A DNA stretch of 64,000 nt, taken from positions 178,787 through 242,786 of the forward strand of contig NIVC01001748.1 in the NCBI GenBank assembly GCA_002269645.1, given 5' to 3'. The position numbers and the translations under genes were made by a program. How positions within the stretch are numbered: position 1 is the first letter of the stretch; every line of letters begins with the position of its first letter. The notes below the pieces were generated by a model, which did not search any database, was not told the DNA's origin, and was given only the letters and a program-made list of their open reading frames with translations. This document shows, piece by piece, positions 1-11,696 of the stretch. The stretch comes from Macrostomum lignano. Its lineage: Eukaryota.

Positions 1-560
1 ATATTCACAATCCTCAATATTCACAATCCTCAATATTCACAATCCTCAATATTCACAATCCTCAATGCTCACAATCCTCAATATTCACAATCCCCAATAT
101 TCACAATCCTCAATATTCACAATCCTTAATGTTCACAATCCTCAATATTCACAATCTTCAATATTCACAATCCTCAATATTCACAATCCTCAATATTCAC
201 AATCCTCAATATTCACAATCCTCAATGCTCACAATCCTCAATATTCACAATCCTCAATATTCACAATCCTCAATATTCACAATCCTCAATATTCACAATC
301 CTCAATATTCACAATCCTCAATATTCACAATCCTCAATATTCACAATCCTCAATATTCACAATCCTCAATGCTCACAATCCTCAATATTCACAATCCTCA
401 ATATTCACAATCCTCAATATTCACAATCCTCAATATTCACAATCCTCAATATTCACAATCCTCAATATTCACAATCCTCAATATTCACAATCCTCAATAT
501 TCACAATCCTCAATATTCACAATCCTCAATATTCACAGTCCCCAACATTCACAATCCTCA
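1..560. repeat. 16-bp minisatellite (ATATTCACAATCCTCA)n, TRPC intron 5
   Basis: Direct tandem repeat; explains ORFs 65-577 and 129-620. Confidence 0.97.
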
Positions 561-1049
561 ATCGCTCAGTTTCATAACCTCGTTCACACTTGTCTCTCAG
601 TTTGTCACAGGACAAAATAAGCTAAGAGAGAGAGAGAGAGAGAGAGATATTGAGTTATCCACTTAGCGACAACTTTGAGTGGCATGAGGTGGAATTAGAT
701 TCAATCAGATACTGACGCATCCAAGCAGCCTAAGTTCAATCTTCTATCCAGCAGAATTTTCAAAGCCTCATTCCACATTCAGAAAGAGTTGTTTTCAATT
801 TTCTAAATTATTGCCAAAATAGGAGGCGCAGAGGAAGAAGACCTACAGGAAAGACTCACTGTTGTACTTTCTTGTGGACCTGTTCTCAATAGTCTCCGTC
901 TACATTAAACATGTAGGCTTAGTACTAGCTATTATTTTATTATATGCGTGATTTTAATCAGTAAATCCGTGATTCAAGATTTCTAATCAGTATGCAGGAT
1001 TAAATTTGTAATTAATAGCTGAAAGTGTACAAACCGGCGGGAGCCTTAC

Positions 1050-1189
1050 CATGTACCAAGCCACGCCGCGAAGTGTGATGGTTGCGATGTACAGAGCATT
1101 GGTGGCGAAATCCAACAGGTTCCACATATCGGTGACGTAGGCCTTCGCGCCTTCGCTCCACAGCTGCTTCACTTCTTGCCAAACGAAAC
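1050..1189 (-). CDS. TRPC: TRPC exon 5 (S2-S3)
   Basis: Acceptor AATGCAG| at 1190; donor ATG|GTAAGG; [47 protein letters not shown]. Confidence 0.95.
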
Positions 1190-4100
1190 CTGCATTGAAA
1201 CAGTGAGTATGATGAGTCAAGGTTCTTTTAATATGCCGTTCCCCAAGCTTCACAATCCCCAATGTTCACAATCCCCAAGCTTCACAATCCCTAATCTTCA
1301 CAATCCCCAATATTCACAATCCCCAATCTTCACAATCCCCAAACTTCACAATCACTAGCTTCACAATCACTAGCTTCACAATCACTAGCTTCACTAGCTG
1401 CCAAAAAAAGTGAATAAAAAATTCAGAAGAAATCAGTAGGGCAAACCACGGATCGAGTCGTTTCCCCCCACTTTCGAATTTACGAACTTCCCGCAGCTCC
1501 GCTGGGAATCGGCTGGCCAAACAGCAGATGCTGAAGCTGGATGCTGGCCTACGCAACATCAATTCGGTTAGAGAGAGAGAGGGAGGGCACGGCGAGAGAG
1601 TCAGCTCGAACTAATAAAGTTTCAGCTCGGCAGCTCAGAAATCCTACTACAGATTATATTTAAAATGGCTCGGTAAGGCCCGTATAAAATATTTCCATCT
1701 CCAATACGGGACATTGGAGTTTACTATGAGTGAAGTTTCAATTGTGAATGTTAGGGATTGTGAAACTTAGGGCAAACTTGGGGATTGTGAAGTTTGGGGA
1801 TTGTGAATGTTGGGGATTGTGAAACTTAGGGATTGTGAAGCTTGGGGATTGTGAAGCTTGGGGATTGTGAAGCTTGGGGATTGTGAAGCTTGGGAATTGT
1901 GAAGCTTGGGGATTGTGAAGCTTGGGGATTGTGAAGCTTGGGGATTGTGAATTTTGGGGATTGTGAAGCTTGGGGATTGTGAAGCTTGGGGATTGTGAAG
2001 TTAGGGGATTGTGAAGCTTGAAGATTGTGAATGTTGGGGATTGTGAATTTTGGGGATGGTGAAACTTGAAGATCGTGAAGCTTAGGGATTGTGAATGTTG
2101 GGGATTGTGAAGTTAGGGGATTGTGAAGCTTGGGGATTGTGAATGTTGGGGATTGTGAATTTTGGGGATTGTGAATTTTGGGGATCGTGAAACTTGGGGA
2201 TCGTGAAGCTTAGGGATTGTGAATGTTGGGGATCGTGAATTTTGGGGATTGTGAATTTTGGGGATTGTGAATTTTGGGGATTGTGAATTTTGGGGATTGT
2301 GAAACTTGGGGATTGTGAAGCTTGGGGATTGTGAATGTTGGGGATTGTGAAGCTTGGGGATTGTGAAGCTTGGGGATTGTGAAGCTTGGGGATTGTGAAG
2401 CTTGGGGATTGTGAAGCTTGGGGATTGTGAAGCTTGGGGATTGTGAAGCTTGGGGATTGTGAAGCTTGGGGATTGTGAAGCTTGGGGATTGTGAAGCTTG
2501 GGGATTGTGAAGCTTGGGGATTGTGAAGCTTGGGATTGTGAAGCTTGGGGATTGTGAAGCTTGGGGATTGTGAAGCTTGGGGATTGTGAATCTTGGGGAT
2601 TGTGAAGCTTGGGGATTGTGAAGCTTGGGGATTGTGAAGCTTGGGGATTGTGAAGCTTGGGGATTGTGAAGCTTGGGGATTGTGAAGCTTGGGGATTGTG
2701 CAGCTAAGGATTGTGAAGATTGAGGATTGTGAATGTTGGGGATTGTGAAACTTGGGGATCGTGAAGCTTGGGGATTGTGAATGTTGGGGATTGTGAAACT
2801 TGGGGATCGTAAAGCTTGGGGATTGTGAATGTTGGGGATTGTGAACATCGAGGATTGTGAATATTGAGAATTAGTGAAACTTGGGATTGAGAACACTGGA
2901 ATTGAAAGTATCAAATATCGAAAATTGAGACTATTGAAGATTGTAGAAAACGACAAAACAATGGGAGCTGGATATTAGACTCACACTTAGAAAAAAAGAT
3001 ATGACAAAGTGAAAATCAATGCACAAAGTAATAGAAGACATGCAACCGAAATCCAGAGCAAGGCTTATTTATTTAAAAAACATGTACATAGGACGAACTA
3101 ACAGAAACCAGTGCAAAAAGTAGCAAATTAAGATTTGCTTCCTTCGAGGCCTAGAATGTCCTCAGCCACAGATTACAGATGCTAATTAATAACACTAATT
3201 CATCCATACAGGCGTATATATATCACACTAATCCATCACTGTGTATCACACTAATCCATCTCTATATCACACTAATCCATCACTGTGTATCACACTAATC
3301 CATCTCTATATCACACTAATCCATCTCTATATATCACACTAATCCATCTCTATATATCACACTAATCCATCTCTATATATCACACTAATCCATCTCTATG
3401 TATCACACTAATCCATCTCTATATATCACACTAATCCATCTCTATATATCACACTAATCCATCTCTATATATCACACTAATCCATCTCTATATATCACAC
3501 TAATCCATCTTTATATACCACACTAATCCATCTCTATGTATCACACTAATCCATCTCTATATATCACACTAATCCATCTCTATATATCACACTAATCCAT
3601 CTTTATATATCACACTAATCCATCTCTATATATCACACTAATCCATCTCTATGTATCACACTAATCCATCTCTATATATCACACTAATCCATCTCCATAT
3701 CACACTAATCCATCTCTATATGATAATAATCCAGACCTCACGTTAATCCAGTATCATATTACACTAATCACGCTAATCCATAAGTAAACCACTCACCCAG
3801 CACGTAGACAACGATAATCCACTCCACAACCGACGGAGGCGAGCCTCTCTCGGCCAGCTTAGCTTCCATTGTGTCCAACAGGACGTCCTCGATGCGCACG
3901 GCAGCCAACACCAGAAATCCCAAAAACAGCAGGTACGAAGCGCTGTGACAGATGAACTTTATAAACGGTTTCCTCATCTGTTGGCCAAGCCGTGAGCTGG
4001 GGACGAGCAGATAGACCAGAGCCAACAGAGGGAACACTGCAGCGTACGCTGAGATCATGCTGACTTGAAAGAACAGCGGTTTTCTCCGGAAACCCGGCAG

Positions 4101-7100
4101 GCCTTCGTACCAAAGTGCCGCGAGTAGCTGCTGACAGTGCGGATGGGCCACGAACTGCAGTTTTTGGGTTTGGGTTGGAGGGTCAGTTTGGATGACCGCA
4201 TCGAATGACCTTGGAGAGGGGGGGGGGGCTGCATAAGCCTCCAAAGTTACATACCGAGGGACTTGAGTACTGTAGCAGTGGCTTATCTACCGATGGACTT
4301 GAGTACTGTAGCAGTGGCTTATCTACCGAAGGATTTGAGTACTGTAGCAGTGGCTTATCTACCGATGGACTTGAGTACTGTAGCAGTGGCTTATCTACCG
4401 ATGGACTTGAGTACTGTAGCAGTGGCTTATCTACCGAAGGATTTGAGTACTGTAGCAGTGGCTTATCTACCGATGGACTTGAGTACTGTAGCAGTGGCTT
4501 ATCTACCGATGGACTTGAGTACTGTAGCAGTGGCTTATCTACCAAAGGATTTGAGTACTGTAGCAGTGGCTTATCTACCGAAGGATTTGAGTACTTTAGC
4601 AGTGGCTTATCTACCGAAGGATTTGAGTACTTTAGCAGTGGCTTATCTACCGATGGACTTGAGTTCTGTAGCAGTGGCTTATCTACCGAAGGATTTGAGT
4701 ACTTTAGCAGTGGCTTATCTACCGAAGGATTTGAGTACTTTAGCAGTGGCTTATCTACCGAAGGATTTGAGTACTGTAGCAGTGGCTTATTTACCGAAGG
4801 ATTTGAGTACTTTAGCAGTGGCTTATCTACCGAAGGATTTGAGTACTTTAGCAGTGGCTTATCTACCGAAGGATTTGAGTACTTTAGCAGTGGCTTATCT
4901 ACCGAAGGATTTGAGTACTTTAGCAGTGGCTTATCTACCGAAGGATTTGAGTACTTTAGCAGTGGCTTATCTACCGATGGACTTGAGTACTTTAGCAGTG
5001 GCTTATCTACCGAAGGATTTGAGTACTTTAGCAGTGGCTTATCTACCGAAGGATTTGAGTACTTTAGCAGTGGCTTATCTACCGAAGGATTTGAGTACTT
5101 TAGCAGTGGCTTATCTACCGATGGACTTGAGTACTTTAGCAGTGGCTTATCTACCGAAGGATTTGAGTACTGTAGCAGTGGCTTATCTACCGAAGGATTT
5201 GAGTACTTTAGCAGTGGCTTATCTACCGAAGGATTTGAGTACTTTAGCAGTGGCTTATCTACCGATGGACTTGAGTACTTTAGCAGTGGCTTATCTACCG
5301 AAGGATTTGAGTACTTCAGCAGTGGCTTATCTACCGAAGGATTTGAGTACTTTAGCAGTGGCTTATCTACCGAAGGATTTGAGTACTTTAGCAGTGGCTT
5401 ATCTACCGAAGGATTTGAGTACTTTAGCAGTGGCTTATCTACCGATGGACTTGAGTACTTTAGCAGTGGCTTATCTACCGAAGGATTTGAGTACTTTAGC
5501 AGTGGCTTATCTACCGAAGGATTTTAGTACTTTAGCAGTGGCTTATCTACCGAAGGATTTGAGTACTTTAGCAGTGGCTTATCTACCGATGGACTTGAGT
5601 TCTGTAGCAGTGGCTTATCTACCGAAGGATTTGAGTACTGTAGCAGTGGCTTATCTACCGATGGACTTGAGTACTCACTGTATCTGCCAAACGACCTTTC
5701 ACTACCTCATTCTCCCCTAGATACCGAATTCACGATAAAAAAATCAATTAATAGTACAACAGAATCACTATCACGACTATGAGAGTCTCTATTTGAGCAA
5801 CAGGTTCAAAACTGCTCACACCCGGAGATAACCAAGCAGATCCCAACGCAGTTCCCCATCTGACTGTCTGCCTCGCCACGTCAGACGGTGTTCAAATCCA
5901 ATAAGTGGCTACAGAAAGCCTACCGTGTTTGCTGAGAGCATTGTATAATCAGAACCTAATAGCTGATGGCCTACTAAGCAGAACTGCAGGTTTGCGAAAT
6001 CCTGCCCCTGAAGCCCGAGTAAACAAAAAAATGGGAAAAAATCCCCACCCCCAACCCAGCAAGTTAAACTGACTTGTTCACTTCGGGTTATTTCGCAGAC
6101 AGAAGGGAAAAGTTGGGTTAAAAAACATTTTCATTCCTGTAGGAAAACACAAGTCAAGTAAAAGCTCCCAAAATTTTTGCTCCATCGCTGCAGGTAAACA
6201 GAGCGGTATTGACAGATGACTTGAGCTACCAAATTTTTCTATCAGATGGTTGTACATTCGGGAGAATCTCAGCCTGATGCAGTTAAATGACCTTTACTGA
6301 ATTTGAGACGGGATTTGATGGTATTGGGATAAATACAGTCTTCATATGGGATCTATGAAAATTACTGTGTGGATATGGGATCTGGGATAAATGCCTTCAT
6401 ATGGGATCTGGGATAGTTACAGTCTTCATATGGGATCTGGGAAAATTACAGTGTTGATATGGGATCTGGGATAAATAAGGTCTGAATATGGAATCTGGGA
6501 TGATTACAGTCTTTTAATTATATGGGATCTGGCATTATTACAGCGTGGATATGGGATCTGGGATAAATAATAGCCTTCATATGGGATCTGGGATAAATCA
6601 AGTCTGAATATGGGATCTGGGATAATTACAGTGTTGATATGGGATCTGGGATAAATAATAGCCTTCATATGGAATCTGGGATAAATCAAGTCTGAATATG
6701 GGATCTGGGATAATTACAGTGTGGATATGGGATCTGGGATAAATAATAGCCTTCATATGGGATCTGGAATAAATCAAGTCTGAACATGGGATCTGGGATA
6801 ATTACAGTCTTCCTATGGGATCTGGGATAATTACAGTCTTCATATGGGATCTGGGATAAATAAGGTCTGAATATGGGATCTGGGATAATTACAGTCTTTA
6901 TATGGGATCTGGGATAATTACAGTCTTCATATGGGATCTGGGATAATTACAGTCTTCATATGGGATCTGGGATATTTACCGTCTGGGATGCGGTAACACT
7001 GGGATAGAAAAATGTCTGGCATTGATTAGAACACGCCAATATTTGTCCATGCAGGAATAGAAAGAAAGTTCTTTCGCACCAAAGAGCTGCAGAATTAGCC

Positions 7101-10100
7101 CAGTCTCCCGAGGACACTGGCTACAAGAGAGCCACAAAAAAGTTTATAGGCTACAAAGCGACTTTATGACTGGCGGACTGCATGGTTGCTTCCAACCCCG
7201 AAAGATAACCTGAAGTGCAGAGACCAACCTGCTTGAGTTGCTTTTGCTATGAGCAAGAAAAAAATCTGCCGCTGGAAAATTAATGAAATAATTTTATGCA
7301 AATTAATGCAAACCTCATTCTCGTAGTCAGTAGAAACTGCAAATGTCAACTTGGCTCCCTCTCGCCGCCTCCCAAACGATCGGGTTGTCAAGCAGGAGGC
7401 GGGGAAAAGGTTGCTTTTCCCTGAAGAGGATTAACTCGAAGGGATTCCTGTAGCTCAGCTAAAAGCCTGGAATCCTTCTCTGATCCCAATATGCTTCGGA
7501 TTCCCTTGACGGCTTTGAGGGGAAGAATCTTTGACAGCAAGCGGAAATGATCCCATCAAATCGGACATGCACCTGGGAAGGCGCTGACTGACCTGGGTTG
7601 CCTATGACAGGCTGCCACCATGTTAATAGGACTTGTGATTGGGATTAAAGCTGCCGAGCTTTTTGGGATTTTGGGATCATAATTGTCAACCTGGAATCTA
7701 ACAGGTATTTTGGGATCATAACTGTTTACCTGGAATCTAACAGGGATTTTGGGATCATAACTGTTTACCTGGAATCTAACAGGGATTTTGGGATCATAAC
7801 TGCCAACCTGGAATCTATCAGGGATTTTGTGATCATAACTGTTTACCTGGAATCTAACAGTGATTTTGGGATCATAACTGTCAACCTGGAATCTAACAGG
7901 GATTTTGTGATCATAACTGTCAACCTGAAATCTATCAGGGATTTTGGGATCATAACTGTCAACCTGGAATCTAACAGGGATTTTGAGATCATAACTGTCA
8001 ACCTGGAATCTAACAGGGATTTTGGGATAAATTAATCATTCTAAAGATTAAATCCATGGAGGTTTCGAGTTGACTCACTCCTTGAGATAACTCTGGATCT
8101 TAATGGGATTTTTGGGGATAATTTTGGATCTAATGGGATTTTTGGGGATGATTCTCGATCTTGGTGGCATTTTTTGGGATAAATTCTGGATCTTGATGGG
8201 ATTTTCGGAAGAACTGTAGATAAGTGGGGATTTTTGTAAAGAAATTGAATGCTATATAGCGTCTTTGGCAAGCTTATTTTCCAGAATACATCATGTCCCC
8301 GATCTCATTTTTGCCAAGTGGGACAGCTGACTCCCTTGACCTCCCCTGACCTCCCCTGACCTCCTTGACCTCCCCTGATTCCCTTGACCTCCCCCTGATT
8401 CCCTTGAACTCCCCTGTCCCCTTTGACCTCCCTGATCCCCTTGACCTCCCCTGACCCCTTGACCTCCCCTGACCCCTTGACCTCCCTGACCCCTTGACCT
8501 CCCCTGACCCTCTTGACCTCCCCTGACCCGCTTGACCTCCCCTGACCCGCTTGACCCCCCTGACCCGCTTGACCTCCCCTGACCCCCTTGACCTCCCCTG
8601 ACCCCCTTGACCTCCCCTGACCCCCTTGACCTCCCCTGACCCCCTTGACCTCCCCTGACCCGCTTGACCTCCCCTGACCCGCTTGACCTCCCCTGACCCG
8701 CTTGACCTCCCCTGACCCGCTTGACCTCCCCTGACCCGCTTGACCTCCCCTGACCTGCTTGACCTCCCCTGACCCCCTTGACCTCCCCTGACCCCCTTAA
8801 CCATCTCAATACCGCAGGCTTATCAAAATTCCTGACTGAAAGCACCTTCTTCTGCTTGTACTTTATCGCCAGTTTAAGCCGCGCCAGTCTCAACCGCTCA
8901 GCGCCAGCCTCCCCCGTTGCCGTCAGCGTGGCCAGCGGCCGTTGCGGCAGTCCACGGGCGGCGCCGACCTCGTGGTTGAGCACCACAGCGAGCTCCTCGG
9001 AGCTCCGAGTCTGCTCAAGCAGCGCAGTGGCGTAGTCCTGGCATTTCGCCGCCAGCTGCTCGTACTCGCTGGTGAACTCATTCTCCAGCTTCCCTAGCCG
9101 CTTCATCTCCCAGCTAAGCTCGAAAGCGGTCAGTATCGGGTCTTTACTTGATAGTGAGATTAGCGAGGGACTGGCCAGAGCCTTGTAGGCGCTGATGCGG
9201 GATTTGGAGTGCCGCAGGCTGTCCTCTTTCTGGGCGCTGACGCAGGCTCGACAGGCGCAGCGAAGCTGGTGCGGCCGGGGCACCCGATCGCCGCGGTCAA
9301 GTAGAAGCTTCATCACCTCGTAGTTGTCGATGTGGGCGGCCAGCACAATGGGAGTGATGTCGGGCGGGAAGCTGCTGGAGTAGGCAGGTGACTCGGCTTG
9401 GGTCTGGAATTTGTGTGTTTTTTTGGGGAATTGGAGCTGCAGTCTACTCCTGTTCCTGTAGCTCAGTCACTTAGTCACTCAGTTACTCAGTCACTCGGTC
9501 ACTCAGTCACTCGGTCACTCAGTCACTCAGTCACTCAGTTACTCAGTCACTCAGTCATTCGGTCACTCAGTCACTCAGTTACTCAGTTACTCGGTCACAC
9601 GGTCACTAGATCAATCAGTCAAATAGTCACTCAGTCACTCGGTCACTCAGTCACTCGGTCACTCAGTCACTCAGTCACTAGATCAATCCCATCCAATGCT
9701 CTCAATTTCAATACGCAAACAAAATTTTTCACAGAAGTCTGAAAAAATCGACAGTCTCTACACGACTCTTCATGCATTGCTTGAAAGAATGAGCTTCCAA
9801 ATTCAATGGCCATCTCTATATAGCTGCTAATTCCGTTCCATACGAATTTAAACAAAAGCAGAATTGGGCAAATAGAAAATTCAAGAGATAGTGATAGTGA
9901 GAGAGAGAGACGGGGGGAGAGAGAGATAGAGAGAGAGAGGGGGGAGAGAGAGATAGAGAGAGAGGGGGGAGAGAGAGATAGAGAGAGAGAGAGACGGGGG
10001 GGAGAGAGAGAGAGAGACGGGAGAGAGAGAGAGAGAGAGAGAGGGAGAGGGGGGAGAGAGAGATAGAGAGAGAGAGAGACGGGGAGAGAGAGAGAGAGAG

Positions 10101-10860
10101 AGAGAGAGAGACGGGGAGAGAGAGAGAGAGAGAGAGACGGGGGGAGAGAGAGATAGAGAGAGAAAGAGGTGAGAGAGAGAGATAGAGAGAGAGAGACGGG
10201 GGGAGAGAGAGAGAGAGAGAAGGGGGGGAGAGAGAGAGAGAGACGGGGGGAGAGAGAGATAGAGAGAGAGAGGGGGGGAGATAGAGATAGAGAGAGAGAG
10301 GGGGGGAGAGAGAGATAGAGAGAGAGAGATGGGGGGAGAGAGAGATAGAGAGAGAGAGGGGGGAGAGATAGATAGAGAGAGAGAGAGGGGGGGAGAGAAA
10401 GAGAGGGGGGAGAGAGAGGGAGAGAGAGGAGAGCCTCCAATCCCGGGCACTGACACGGTAAAAGATCAGGAGCAAAAGGTTTGGATTGTAATAGTTGCCG
10501 TTATTTCGAAATTATTATATTTCTTCGTCGGGGCAAGTGAAGAGTACAAGTGGCGTTGTAAAAGTTATTAAATAGGCGGGGTTAGAGGGGAGAAAGAGTA
10601 GACAGGTAGATAGAGAGCGTACGGTAAGTAAGGGAGAGAGAGAGAGGGAGAGAGAGAGGGAGAGAGAGAGAGGGGGGGAGAGAGAGGGGGAGAGAGAGGG
10701 AGAGAGAGAGGGGGGGAGAGAGAGAGGGAGAGAGAGAGGGGGAGAGGGGGAGAGAGAGGGAGAGAGAGAGAGAGGGGGAGAGAGAGGGAGAGAGAGAGGG
10801 GGAGAGAGGGAGAGGGAGAGAGAGAGGGAGAGAGAGAGAGAGGGAGAGAGGGGGAGAGGG

Positions 10861-10891
<31 letters not shown>

Positions 10892-10900
10892 GAGAGAGAC

Positions 10901-10933
<33 letters not shown>

Positions 10934-10996
10934 GGGGAGAGAGAGAGAGAGAGAGAGAGAGACGGGGAGAGAGAGAGAGAGAGAGAGAGAGAGGGG

Positions 10997-11029
<33 letters not shown>

Positions 11030-11078
11030 GTGAGAGAGAGAGATAGAGAGAGAGAGACGGGGGGAGAGAGAGAGAGAG

Positions 11079-11117
<39 letters not shown>

Positions 11118-11564
11118 AGAGAGAGAGAGAGAGACGGGGGGAGAGAGATAGAGAGAGAGAGGGGGGGAGATAGAGATAGAGAGAGAGGGGGGAGAGAGAG
11201 ATAGAGAGAGAGAGATGGGGGGAGAGAGAGATAGAGAGAGAGAGGGGGAGAGAGAGATAGAGAGAGAGAGAGGGGGGGAGAGAAAGAGAGGGGGGAGAGA
11301 GAGGGAGAGAGAGGAGAGCCTCCAATCCCGGGCACTGACACGGTAAAAGATCAGGAGCAAAAGGTTTGGATTGTAATAGTTGCCGTTATTTCGAAATTAT
11401 TATATTTTTTCGTCGGGGCAAGTGAAGAGTACAAGTGGCGTTGTAAAAGTTATTAAATAGGCGGGGTTAGAGGGGAGAAAGAGTAGACAGGTAGATAGAG
11501 AGCGTACGGTAAGTAAGGGAGAGGGAGAGAGGGAGAGAGAGGAGGGAGAGAGAGAGGAGGGAGA

Positions 11565-11618
<54 letters not shown>

Positions 11619-11664
11619 GGAGGGAGAGAGAGAGAGAGAGGAGAGAGAGAGAGGGAGAGAGAGG

Positions 11665-11696
<32 letters not shown>

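Noticed and set aside
65-2956. ORFs 65-577, 129-620, 1176-1358 and 2210-2956
   Set aside because: Translations of the 16-bp satellite; no domain, and they lie in TRPC introns.
4205-5720. 440-aa and 485-aa ORFs of 12-aa repeats, resembling a repeat or antifreeze-type protein
   Set aside because: A 36-bp unit is stop-free in several frames and on both strands at once; intronic and antisense to TRPC; no splice or start context.
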